Shown here: piece after piece, positions 19,341 through 28,433 of the stretch
How positions within the stretch are numbered: position 1 is the first letter of the stretch
Layout of the letters: every line of letters begins with the position of its first letter
Assembly (NCBI GenBank): GCA_965219535.1
Contig: CBDCNV010000001.1
Coordinates: forward strand, 2,070,001 to 2,102,000
Length of the DNA stretch: 32,000 bases
Direction: 5' to 3'
Source: Opitutales bacterium
GTDB lineage: Bacteria > Verrucomicrobiota > Verrucomicrobiia > Opitutales > PNEW01
Notes under the pieces: generated by a model
Told to the model about the DNA's origin: nothing
The model's database searches: none
Seen by the model: only the letters and a program-made list of their open reading frames with translations
Program-made: the position numbers and the translations under genes

Positions 19341-21071
19341 ATGTCCGTTAAAAAGCTATTCCCGTATTTCAAATTGCTCAAACCGGTTAAGTGGCATTTT
19401 ATCGGCGCACTTTTATGCGGCCTTATTTATGGAATCTCCAGCGGTTTCGGTCTGCCATTTATGAGTCATAAAGTTTTTCCCCTTATCTTTGGCGATAATC
19501 CTCCCACTGATAAGATGCTCTTTTTCGCGGTAGCCTATCTCCCTGCTGTTTTCCTCATTCGTAATACGAGCGGATTTTTCAATGCCTATCTCATCGGATA
19601 CTGTGGTGTCAGCGTATTAGAAGCTATTCGTCTGAAGGTATTCACTAAGCTCCAATCGCTGTCTCTGGATTTTTTTGAAATCCATAAACCCGGTGACCTC
19701 CTCAGTCGGACAATGAGTGATACCAACCAGGTTCAAACCGCTGTCGTAGGTGTTTCAAACGACCTCATAAAACAACCCGTTACATTTCTAGGCGCATTGG
19801 GTTCGCTTATTTATTTATCGATTCAAAACAGTCAGCTGATCTTTATATTTTTCAGTATTATGATTGTTCCCATCGTTGTTTTCCCCATTCGGTTTATCGG
19901 ACGTAAACTCTATATGAAAGCGTTGGCCATGCAGGAAGAGATGGGGTCAGTAACTGATCTCGTGAGTGAAAATTTAATCGCCGTGCGTGAAGTGCGCGCA
20001 TTTTCACTGGAGAAACTTCAGATTCAATCTTTTTTAAATACTATCCGAGCTTTATTTAAAATGCAGCTCAAAGTAATCAAATATGCGAAAGCATTATCCC
20101 CTTCTATTGAATTCGTAAGCTCAATCGGTGTCGCCATCGCTATTACTTATGCCGCTAAAATGCGGATTCCTTTGGAAGAGGTGATTGCTCTCATTTTCGC
20201 TCTCTATTTATCTTACGATCCGATAAAAAATTTTGGGGTTATAAACAGCGAATTTAAAAAAGGGCTCGCCTCGTTGAATCGGATTGAGGAAATCATCAAT
20301 GCTCCAGACACCGTTACCGATCGTCCTGGAGCTCAAAAGATCGAAGGCGTTACCGGGCAGATTGCATTTGAAGAAGTGCATTTCAGCTACGGGGAAGAAC
20401 CGGTATTGCAAGGTGTCAGTTGTCAACTGGATCCGGGAAAGGTCCACGCTTTAGTGGGACCTAGTGGCGCCGGTAAATCAACATTCGCTAACCTTGTCCT
20501 CCGCCTCTACGATGTTGAAAAAGGTTCCATTTCCTTGGATGGAATAGATTTACGTGATATCAAATTAGACAGTCTACGCAGGAACATCGCACTTGTTCCG
20601 CAAGACCCAGTGTTATTTAACGATACCGTATATAATAATATCCTTCTCAGCCGCCCCGATGCGGAAAAAGAAGAGGTGCATGAGGCTGCGAGAAAAGCTT
20701 ATGCTCACCTCTTTCTTGAATCATTTGAGCAAGGCTATGAAACCATCGTAGGGAGCCGGGGAACACGCCTGTCAGGAGGACAGAAGCAGCGCGTTGCCCT
20801 CGCGCGAGCTTTTCTTAAAAACGCCCCTATACTCATCCTTGATGAAGCTACATCTTCACTAGATTCTGAGAGTGAAAATAAAATTCAGGAAGCGCTCGAA
20901 TTACTCGTACAAGGAAAAACAGTCATTATTATCGCCCATCGATTCAGCACGATTCAAATGGCAGATCGCATATTGGTTTTTGATCGCGGACGACTGATTG
21001 CCAGTGGAAGTCATGATATGCTTTTGAAAACAAACGATCTATACGCCAATCTATATTCAAGGCAGTATTGA
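19341..21071 (+). CDS. msbA: ABC transporter permease/ATPase, MsbA-like lipid A/LPS-core flippase
   Basis: 576 aa. Six-TM exporter domain, Walker A GPSGAGKST, signature LSGGQKQRVALARA, Walker B ILILDEATS. The LPS gene context supports MsbA, but the subfamily is not proven. Confidence 0.75.
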   Translation: MSVKKLFPYFKLLKPVKWHFIGALLCGLIYGISSGFGLPFMSHKVFPLIFGDNPPTDKMLFFAVAYLPAVFLIRNTSGFFNAYLIGYCGVSVLEAIRLKVFTKLQSLSLDFFEIHKPGDLLSRTMSDTNQVQTAVVGVSNDLIKQPVTFLGALGSLIYLSIQNSQLIFIFFSIMIVPIVVFPIRFIGRKLYMKALAMQEEMGSVTDLVSENLIAVREVRAFSLEKLQIQSFLNTIRALFKMQLKVIKYAKALSPSIEFVSSIGVAIAITYAAKMRIPLEEVIALIFALYLSYDPIKNFGVINSEFKKGLASLNRIEEIINAPDTVTDRPGAQKIEGVTGQIAFEEVHFSYGEEPVLQGVSCQLDPGKVHALVGPSGAGKSTFANLVLRLYDVEKGSISLDGIDLRDIKLDSLRRNIALVPQDPVLFNDTVYNNILLSRPDAEKEEVHEAARKAYAHLFLESFEQGYETIVGSRGTRLSGGQKQRVALARAFLKNAPILILDEATSSLDSESENKIQEALELLVQGKTVIIIAHRFSTIQMADRILVFDRGRLIASGSHDMLLKTNDLYANLYSRQY

Positions 21072-21265
21072 TGTATGAGATAAGCTGGAGCGGGCCGCCT
21101 GGCACGCTTATTCAACTCCTCTTTAAGCCAATACGTTGAGGTCAGCAGTAAACCATCATACCGAGGGCGAAGCCCGCTTGTCGTCCATAGCCTCGTGCGA
21201 CGGATGGACATCCCTCAAATCAACTACCGAGCCCCACAATTGGGTGGGCGACATCTCACAATTAT

Positions 21266-22327
21266 CTAACCTCCTGTTAGATTCTGGATGATATCGATAA
21301 TCGGTAAGAATAAGGCAATGACGATAAATCCAATGACTATTGCTAAAATGATAATCATGCAGGGTTCTATGATCGTCGTTAAGCCAGCCACTGCAAAGTC
21401 CACCTCTTCATCGTAAATATCAGCAATTCGATTGAGCATGGGGGGGAGCTCACCAATCTCCTCACCTACATGAATCATCCCGGAAACCAGAGGTGGGAAT
21501 ATATAAACCTTTTCAAGTGCCGCGGCCATACTCTCGCCGTCAAGCAGGCCAACATAGACGTGTTCAAGTAAATCCTTCATTACGCGATTACTCATTACAT
21601 CACGAGTAAGAGAAAACGATTCCGGGAGAGGGACACCACTGGAAAGCAACGTGCCCAATGTCCTTGTGAATCGAGCTATTGAAACTTTCCTCACAAGCTC
21701 ACCTAAGAACGGCATCCGGAGACTGATCCAATCAAGTAAACGTGAGAGTGAGTCGATTGAAAAAATATATTTTATTAAAATAACACCGATCACTATAAAG
21801 GTAACAAGTGGCCAACCTTGTTGTTGTAAATACTCGCATGCCTCGATGACTAGATGAGTCGGCAAGGGCAGTGAATCACCTGCCAGCAACTCCTGGTAGA
21901 TATCCTGAAATCGAGGGACGACAAAAATAAAAAGTAATACCACAATAAGAAGCGCGGCAATTAATACGATTAAGGGGTAAATCATAGCTGCGATCAGTGC
22001 TTGTTTTAATTTCCACTTTTTCTCTAAAAATTGGCTTAGACGCAATAAAACGGTATCCAGTACCCCACCCGATTCACCGGCTTTAACGATATTAAGATAA
22101 AATTGATCGAATACTTTCGGATATCTAGCCAGACTCTCTGAAAAAGTGTCGCCTGAACGAACACTATTTAGAAGTCCGCTGATTACGCGCTGCAAAGCTG
22201 CATTTTTTTCCTGTTTAAATAGCAATTCAAGACTACGAAACAACGGCACCCTGGCTTGAAGAAGAGTGGCCAGTTGCCGAGTAAAAGTGCTTATGCTTTG
22301 ATGATTTACCGAATGGTGGAATGTCAC
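21266..22327 (-). CDS. type II secretion / type IV pilus platform protein (GspF/PilC family), short N-terminus
   Basis: 353 aa with a GTG start directly after an in-frame TAG. Two T2SSF repeats (FTRQLATLLQARVPLFRSLELL and FTRTLGTLLSSGVPLPESFSL). About 50-60 residues shorter at the N-terminus than canonical PilC/GspF (~400 aa). Confidence 0.82.
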   Translation of the reverse strand: MTFHHSVNHQSISTFTRQLATLLQARVPLFRSLELLFKQEKNAALQRVISGLLNSVRSGDTFSESLARYPKVFDQFYLNIVKAGESGGVLDTVLLRLSQFLEKKWKLKQALIAAMIYPLIVLIAALLIVVLLFIFVVPRFQDIYQELLAGDSLPLPTHLVIEACEYLQQQGWPLVTFIVIGVILIKYIFSIDSLSRLLDWISLRMPFLGELVRKVSIARFTRTLGTLLSSGVPLPESFSLTRDVMSNRVMKDLLEHVYVGLLDGESMAAALEKVYIFPPLVSGMIHVGEEIGELPPMLNRIADIYDEEVDFAVAGLTTIIEPCMIIILAIVIGFIVIALFLPIIDIIQNLTGG

Positions 22328-22497
22328 CTATTTTTCTCTTCCTTCATATAAAGAACCCTGCTCCCTATGATCTTTTTATGTTAATCACTTATATTCCCTA
22401 AACCACGTGAAATAGTCCTCTATTGTAATTCGGGTTTCATCTTGTGAAAACATTAACAATTGCCTGGGATATAAACTTGAGTTGATTACAACCTGTA

Positions 22498-23548
22498 TCA
22501 GGTAACCGCTAATACCTCCTCGACTGTCGTAACACCATCCAGTATCGCACGAACCCCCACCTCACGCAGCATTGCTAAACCTTCGCTCTTTGCCTGTCTC
22601 CTTAGTTCTTGAGTCGATTTATTTTTAACGATTAGCTCCCTCATCGTATCGCTGGTAATGAGTAATTCAAAAATCCCCGTGCGACCGTTATAACCTGTCC
22701 CATAGCAAAGGGCGCAACCTGTGCCGCAAAAAAACACCTGATCAGCAGTCTCTTTCGGGGGCAATTGGAGCAATGCGATATTTTTTATACCAGGGGAATA
22801 CACTCTTCGACAAGAGGGACAGATGCAGCGTATTAAACGCTGCGCCATTACACATTCAAGTGAAGCTGCTACCAGATAGGGCTCTATCCCTAAATCTACG
22901 AATCGTGTAATCGCGCCGACACTGTCAATCGTATGCAGGGTGCTGAAAACAAGGTGTCCCGTAAAGGCGGCTTGAACAGCAATACGGGCTGTCTCTAAAT
23001 CACGAATTTCGCCAACCATTATTTTGTCGGGATCCTGACGCAGGAATGACCTCAAGGCTTGAGAAAAGGTTAATCCGTATTCTGGATTTATCGTTACTTG
23101 GATGAGGCCATCCAGTTGATACTCAACCGGATCTTCTGCGGTTAGAATTTTATATTTATTGTGATTAATTTCTCTCAATGCGCTATACAAAGTAGTTGTC
23201 TTTCCGCATCCAGTGGGCCCGGTAATGATGAATATTCCGTTAGGTCGCTCAATCGTTTTTCTGACTTTTGCCAAGAGCGCACCGGGGATTCCAAGCTCAT
23301 CCAAATTTAGATTTACGACTGATTTGTCGAGGACGCGTAAGACAAGACTCTCACCAAATTGTACCGGCAGTGTCGATGCGCGGAAATCCACAAACCCACC
23401 CGTGACAGTAATTTTAAAATGCCCATCTTGTGGAATTCTTCTTTCCGTAATATTCATGCCCGCGAGAACTTTCACCCGCGAAATAATAGGCAATATGAGA
23501 TGCGTAGGCGGCGATAAAAGATCATAGAGAACACCATCTATTCGATAG
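22498..23548 (-). pseudogene. 3' fragment of a GspE/PilB-type secretion ATPase gene interrupted by an IS element
   Basis: The frame is open from the IS junction: YRIDGVLYDLLSPPTHLILPIISRVKVLAGMNITERRIPQDG..., followed by Walker A GPTGCGKTTT, GEIRDLETA, GHLVFSTLHT and the Cys4 cluster CPSC...CALC. The track ORF 22498-23493 is its internal-Met version. Confidence 0.88.
23545..23548. repeat. target-site duplication ATAG (left copy)
   Basis: ATAG directly abuts the IS terminus TGGAG... The same 4 bp recurs at 24894-24897. Removing the IS and one copy restores ...FRIRY-RIDGV... in frame. Confidence 0.8.
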
Positions 23549-23596
23549 TGGAGTGACCCCCAAAAATCGTATCATTTACAGAGAGAGGTTATCGGG
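23549..23596. repeat. IS left terminal inverted repeat
   Basis: Shares TG, GACCCC, TCGTA, TTTA and GAGAGAG..TTA.CGGG with the reverse complement of 24846-24893. Confidence 0.7.
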
Positions 23597-23613
23597 ATAA
23601 ACAGATAACCTCA

Positions 23614-23826
23614 ATGAAAAGAAAAAGATACACAACAGAACAGATTATAACAATATTGCGGCAAGCCGATACCGGTAAAACGGTACAGGAAATCTGCCGT
23701 GGAAACAACCTGAGCGAACAGACTTTCTATCGCTGGCGTAAAAAATATGGCAATTTAGAACTTGCCGATGCGAAGCGATTTAAAGAGCTGGAAAAAGAAT
23801 TCACGAGCGCAAGCGAGAAGGCCTGA
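23614..23826 (+). pseudogene. IS3-family transposase OrfA (HTH), terminated early by an in-frame TGA
   Basis: MKRKRYTTEQIITILRQADTGKTVQEICRGNNLSEQTFYRWRKKYG is a typical IS3 OrfA HTH. TGA lies at 23824-23826. The same frame continues with the expected leucine-zipper text HTELKKLLADQMLKNQ... Confidence 0.75.
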
Positions 23827-23894
23827 CATACCGAGCTGAAGAAGCTGCTCGCAGATCAAATGCTCAAGAATCAGGTAATGGAGGAAACGCTGTC

Positions 23895-23902
23895 AAAAAA
23901 AT
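23895..23902 (+). promoter_or_regulatory. A-run, putative programmed -1 ribosomal frameshift site between orfA and orfB
   Basis: An A7 run sits directly before the orfB ATG. By track coordinates orfB (23901) is in the -1 frame relative to orfA (23614), the classic IS3 A-AAA-AAA arrangement. My manual reading here disagreed with the track by one base, so exact positions are approximate. Confidence 0.45.
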
Positions 23903-24866
23903 GGTGAGCCCAAAGCAGAAGAAACGAGTAGTAAAAGCTGCGGCTGAGAAAGGGTTGTGCTCGTTGCGGAGGGCTTGTGCTTATCTCAGCCTGAGTTGGT
24001 CAACGTTCAGTTACCGGCCCAAACAGGCCAGTGAGAAAGCTCAGCGGTTGGTCGAGCGGATTGTGAGCTTGTCCTGGAAACATCCCCGCTACGGTTACCG
24101 GCGCATCCGTGCCTTGCTGGTAAAGGAAGGCTGGACAACAAGCAGGAAGTTTGTCCAGGCGGTACGACGTTCAGAAGGGCTGCAGGTAAAGCCCCCGAAA
24201 AAGGGCAGACACCGTCAAGGAGTCTCTACGGGGTCACCTACTAAAGCAAAGGGTCGCAATCACGTTTGGTCCTGGGACTTTGTCCATGATCGTACAGACA
24301 ACGGCGGTCCATTAAAGATGATGACTCTAATCGATGTACCGAGGAGCTGAAAGCGACGACACTCAAGCGAAGCGAAGACATATACGCGTAAATGCCTGGA
24401 TATCCGGGTCGCTCGTCAACTCACCTCAACCGATGTCCTCTCTGTGCTTAGCGAGGCCATTGAAGAGGAGGGACCTCCCAGCTATATCCGTAGTGACAAC
24501 GGCAGTGAGTTCATTGCTCATCAAGTGCAGCAGTGGTTGTCCGGTAATAACATAAAGGCGATCTATATCGATCCGGGCAGTCCCTGGCAAAACGGTTTCA
24601 TCGAGTCGTTTCACAACCGCTTACGCGATGAGTGTTTGAACCGTGAAGTGTTGCTCAGCGTGGCTGAAGCGCAAGTGGTAATCGAACAATGGCGTCAGAC
24701 CTATAACCATGAACATCCCCACAGTCGTTTAGGCTTCAAAAGCCCACAAGAGTTTGTCAGATTCCTTTCCGATCTTGGCCGCGTTCGGGCTACGCCCTCA
24801 CTTCGCCAAGATCTCTCATATACATCAATCCTAAAACCATTAACACCCGGTAACTCTCTCACTTAA
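23901..24866 (+). pseudogene. IS3-family transposase OrfB (integrase/DDE core) interrupted by one in-frame TGA
   Basis: Track ORFs 23901-24350 and 24444-24866 are in the same frame (543 nt apart). The interval after TGA 24348-24350 reads KRRHSSEAKTYTRKCLDIRVARQLTSTDVLS with no further stop. The C-terminal part has the DDE-core motifs IRSDNGSEF, DPGSPWQNGFIESFHNRLRDE and YNHEHPHSRLG. Confidence 0.78.
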
Positions 24867-24893
24867 ATTGGTACGAAAAACGGGGTCCGATCA
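24846..24893. repeat. IS right terminal inverted repeat
   Basis: Its reverse complement matches the left end (see 23549-23596). It ends ...GATCA at 24893. Confidence 0.7.
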
Positions 24894-24897
24894 ATAG
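24894..24897. repeat. target-site duplication ATAG (right copy)
   Basis: Identical to 23545-23548 and immediately outside the IS right terminus. Confidence 0.8.
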
Positions 24898-25127
24898 CGA
24901 ATACGGAATTCATCTTCAAAGGGTTCAAAGTGAATATCCGATGCCTTCTCTTTAATCGCCTTTAAGATTACTAGATTTACATAGCGAATTATGGGCTCCT
25001 CATTTACCCTCTCGTTCAAATCCTGACTCGTTGGGCCTTCACTTAAGTTTGTCTCCAGCTCAGAGATCGCAGCAGTCAGTGGCGACTCTATCTTCAAATC
25101 GGCTCTACCATCACTGGCTTCGATCAT
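24894..25127 (-). pseudogene. 5' fragment of the IS-interrupted GspE/PilB-type ATPase gene
   Basis: 78 codons ending ...PIIRYVNLVILKAIKEKASDIHFEPFEDEFRIRY (the conserved ASDIH.EP...R.R.R block). The terminating TGA (24891-24893) is supplied by the IS end. Confidence 0.85.
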
Positions 25128-25420
25128 CTTATATAGATAATCGGGTTTATGCTTAATTAATTAATAGCTACTGGAGAAATGATAAAAGCGATTAGGCATT
25201 TTAAATTATTCTTTAAGACCACTATGAAGTGAACCCGTTAATACCGGGGGGAGGATGTCGTCAGTCTCCAATACTGATACCTGGCTTATCGTCCGGTACA
25301 TATTTTAGCCGAAAGCAAACGACTATTGCATACGCATCCTCTACATCACTTCTATAATGATGCCAGGGAAGAATTAATTCCCCTCGTTAACCTTAACCGA
25401 TACGCTTATGGGATAATCAA

Positions 25421-26491
25421 TTAATAGGTCGTGACTTCAGCACCTGTTTCCAGAAGTCTTTTCCGCATCTCATCTGGCGCTTGAGCTTTTTCGATCGCTT
25501 CATTAGGATCAATTTGGTCGGTATTGACTAGACTCATCAGGTGAGCATCCATCGTAATCATTCCTAATTGAGATCCTGTCTGAATGTCAGAGGTGATACG
25601 ATAAGTTTTGTTTTCACGGATGAGAGAACCGATTGACGTAGTCGCCACCATAATTTCAAAACCGGCTATACGCCCTCCTCCTAGCTTTTTGCATAATACT
25701 TGAGAGATAACAGCGACAATTGAAGATGCCAATTGAGTGCGTATCTGATCCTTAGTGTGTGAGGGAAAAGCATCAACGATCCTATCGACAGTACGCGCCG
25801 CGCCCGTTGTATGTAAGGTACCGAAGACAAGGTGGCCGGTCTCAGCAGCGGTGACTGCAGCCTCAATCGTCTCTAAATCTCGCATCTCACCAACGAGAAT
25901 AATATCTGGATCCTGGCGTAAAGCTCCGCGGATGGCATCAGCAAATGAATTTACATCTGTTCCAACCTCGCGCTGGGTAACAATGCACTTTTTGTGCTCA
26001 TGATAGTACTCAATCGGATCTTCAATCGTAATAATATGACCATCGCGGTTTTCGTTTACCCAGTTGATCATCGAAGCGAGAGTGGTTGATTTACCAGATC
26101 CTGTAGGGCCCGTAACAAGAATTAATCCACGTGGACGGGTTAATAATTCTTTAACCATATCGGGTAATCCTATCGCGCGCAGGCCAAACATATCGTTAGG
26201 AATCTGACGGAGGACAATTCCATAATTTCCCTTGGCTTTTAACACACTCACGCGGAATCGTGCCTTATCCATATAAGCAAATCCAAAATCGGCACCTCCA
26301 GCAGTTTTTGCTTTCTCCTGCTGATGCTCGCTGGCTATAGACATCATTAATGCTTCGGTGTCTTCGGGATTTAGATTGGGTCCGTCTACTGGTGTCATCG
26401 ATCCCGATAAACGTAATGTGGGCGGTTGCCCAACCTGTAAATGAAGGTCTGATGCATCTTGATCCACCATCAATTCCAATAGTTCATTCAT
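25421..26491 (-). CDS. pilT: type IV pilus retraction ATPase PilT
   Basis: 356 aa. [12 protein letters not shown], Walker [49 protein letters not shown]. The length and the lack of an N-terminal extension are typical of PilT/PilU. Confidence 0.9.
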   Translation of the reverse strand: MNELLELMVDQDASDLHLQVGQPPTLRLSGSMTPVDGPNLNPEDTEALMMSIASEHQQEKAKTAGGADFGFAYMDKARFRVSVLKAKGNYGIVLRQIPNDMFGLRAIGLPDMVKELLTRPRGLILVTGPTGSGKSTTLASMINWVNENRDGHIITIEDPIEYYHEHKKCIVTQREVGTDVNSFADAIRGALRQDPDIILVGEMRDLETIEAAVTAAETGHLVFGTLHTTGAARTVDRIVDAFPSHTKDQIRTQLASSIVAVISQVLCKKLGGGRIAGFEIMVATTSIGSLIRENKTYRITSDIQTGSQLGMITMDAHLMSLVNTDQIDPNEAIEKAQAPDEMRKRLLETGAEVTTY

Positions 26492-26658
26492 CTCATAACC
26501 ATTATCTATGACTTCAACTCCTCTTTGAATAATTTATAATCACCAGCTAGTTAAATTTTTTCAATATATAAGCTTTCTATTGAATAAGCGCAAGCTTGGA
26601 AATAGTTCAGATGCTGAATCAGAAGATAAAGTTATTTAACCGCGAATTAATACCAAAA

Positions 26659-28071
26659 TCAAGTAATGCTGATGCTCACAGCCGAAAGTACTTCTTCTAT
26701 CGTCGTTATACCAGCTTCAATCTTTCGTAAGCCGTCATCCCGCATCGTGCGCATACCACAAGCAAGCGCTTTCTGCCGAAGATCCACAAGTGACGCATGC
26801 TCATAAATTAATTGCTGAATATTTTCATCCACCTCGAAAATCTCGAAAATACCGCTACGCCCAAAATAGCCGCTGCCATGGCAATGACTGCAACCCGATC
26901 CTTTTTTATAATAACCAGATAAAATAGCTTCTTTTTTAACACCAATTGAACGTAATTCTAAATCAGAGGGGAGGTAATTTTCATTACAATTTTCACAATT
27001 CAGTCGTATCAAACGTTGCGCTAAAACACCACGCAGTGAAGCCGAAACGAGATATGGCTTTATCCCTATGTCCATCAGTCGCGAAATTGCACTTGGGGCG
27101 TCAGCTGTATGCAGGGTAGAAAATACCATATGACCGGTTAGCGAAGCGTTTATCGCAATCTCCGCGGTTTCAAGATCACGGATTTCACCTATCATGATCA
27201 TGTCGGGCGCCTGACGAAGTATCGCGCGTAACGCTGAAGCAAAACTTAACCCTACCTGATCGGATACTTGCATCTGGTTGATTCCTCTTAATTGATATTC
27301 TACCGGATCTTCGATCGTAATAATTTTACGGTCTGATTCGTTTAGAGTATGCAGAGAAGAATAAAGCGTGGTTGTTTTACCAGAACCTGTTGGCCCGGTG
27401 AGGAGAATTAAGCCATCAGGCAAATTTATAAGCCTTTCCAGAACCACCTCGTCATCGCTAAATAAACCAAGATCAGACAGTCCGCGGAGCAACCCTTCTT
27501 GATCGAGAATCCGCAAAACAATACTCTCCCCGTAAATTGAAGGGATGGTTGAAACACGTATATTTACCCTCTTCTCACTGGTTTTAAAATGAATGCGCCC
27601 ATCCTGGGGAACTCTTTTCTCCGCAATACTTATTTCGGCCATAATTTTTAAGCGGGAAATAATCGAATGCTGGAGATATTGAGGAGGGCTTTTCACTTCG
27701 ACCAACTCACCATCAATTCGGTAGCGAACGCGAAAACGCTTTTCTAAGGGTTCCAAATGAATGTCCGATGCCCGCTTTTTAATGGCGTCTCCTATAAGCC
27801 ATTCCACATACTGAACAATTGGAGTTTCCTCATTTATCAGTTCATAACTGCGACCGCTCCTTATCTCAACCCTTCGGTTCTCTTCCGCTTTGTCATCATC
27901 ACTTCGGGCAATGCCGCTCTTCCAATCAGGTACATTGGCAAAAACTTTATAATGCCTTTCAATCGCCTCGAGAATCTTGTGCCTTGGTGCAAGCTGAGGT
28001 TCAACTGAGAGATTCAAGAAGTAACTAAGACTATCCAGTGAATCGACGTCCAGGGGATCGCTTATAGCCAA
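26659..28071 (-). CDS. GspE/PilB-type assembly ATPase (main reading frame; true 5' end appears displaced by a frameshift)
   Basis: 470-aa track ORF with a nominal TTG start. ASDIHLEPLEKRFRVRYRIDG, Walker A GPTGSGKTTT, GEIRDLETAEIA, GHMVFSTLHT, Cys4 CENC...CSHC. The frame stays open ~58 codons upstream of the TTG with continuing GSPII_E N-domain-like text. Confidence 0.88.
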   Translation of the reverse strand: MAISDPLDVDSLDSLSYFLNLSVEPQLAPRHKILEAIERHYKVFANVPDWKSGIARSDDDKAEENRRVEIRSGRSYELINEETPIVQYVEWLIGDAIKKRASDIHLEPLEKRFRVRYRIDGELVEVKSPPQYLQHSIISRLKIMAEISIAEKRVPQDGRIHFKTSEKRVNIRVSTIPSIYGESIVLRILDQEGLLRGLSDLGLFSDDEVVLERLINLPDGLILLTGPTGSGKTTTLYSSLHTLNESDRKIITIEDPVEYQLRGINQMQVSDQVGLSFASALRAILRQAPDMIMIGEIRDLETAEIAINASLTGHMVFSTLHTADAPSAISRLMDIGIKPYLVSASLRGVLAQRLIRLNCENCNENYLPSDLELRSIGVKKEAILSGYYKKGSGCSHCHGSGYFGRSGIFEIFEVDENIQQLIYEHASLVDLRQKALACGMRTMRDDGLRKIEAGITTIEEVLSAVSISIT

Positions 28072-28391
28072 CTTGAGAGTACTCCCATCTAAACGTAGTG
28101 GGAAAACACAATTTTTTACTGCTACCCGATGATTAATTAACCGTAAATCTTCAGCCGAGGTCTCCCATTCTGAAAGGTCGATAATACTTAAAGCGTACTC
28201 ATCTGATAATAACCGATAAATCTCCTGAGTCGTTATAGCGCCATTTTAATGAGCACATTGAGGAGATTATCATTATCTTTCCCATAACTCTTATTTTTTC
28301 GCACCGACTCTTTGGCGGCGTTAACGGCAAGCTTCGATACAAGCCCTTTTTCCAGAATTAATTCTACAACGTAATCAAGCGACGGGCCCAC
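28072..28391 (-). pseudogene. 5' portion of the same pilB-like gene, split by a frameshift near 28243-28248
   Basis: From GTG 28391: VGPSLDYVVELILEKGLVSKLAVNAAKESVRKNKSYGKDNDNLLNVLIKMAL*. One frame over, directly after this, comes NGAITTQEIYRLLSDEYALSIIDLSEWETSAEDLRLINHRVAVKNCVFPLRLDGSTLKLAISDP, joined to the main ORF. The junction is an A4 run (attaaaatgg); A5 would fuse the two frames. Confidence 0.6.
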
Positions 28392-28433
28392 TGATTTAGA
28401 ATCCAGATATTATGAACTTACAATTGAGAGAAA

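Larger units (their letters stand above)
23549..24893 (+). mobile_element. IS3-family insertion sequence (1345 bp), orfA/orfB organisation, probably non-autonomous
   Basis: Termini are 5'-TG...CA-3' with imperfect inverted repeats of about 45 bp (TGGAGTGACCCCCAAAAATCGTATCATTTACAGAGAGAGGTTATCGGG vs the reverse complement TGATCGGACCCCGTTTTTCGTACCAATTTAAGTGAGAGAGTTACCGGG). 4-bp TSD. OrfA has an HTH; OrfB has rve/DDE blocks (SDNGSEF, PWQNGFIESFH). It looks more GC-rich than its flanks. Confidence 0.88.

Noticed and set aside
21011-21211. 66-aa minus-strand ORF overlapping the end of msbA.
   Set aside because: Arg-rich shadow frame of the ABC gene's 3' end plus the GC-rich spacer. No support as a gene.
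23824-24350. Whether the in-frame TGAs in the IS indicate TGA recoding (an alternative genetic code or selenocysteine).
   Set aside because: TGA functions as an ordinary terminator of well-aligned genes in this window (yjbQ at 5049-5051, and the gspE-like gene at 22498-22500). No SECIS-like context was evident. Nonsense codons in a defective IS copy are the simpler reading.
24334-24614. Track ORFs 24334-24555 (+) and 24426-24614 (-) inside the IS, considered as extra IS genes.
   Set aside because: They are off-frame or antisense relative to the transposase OrfB frame, which carries the recognisable DDE-core motifs.
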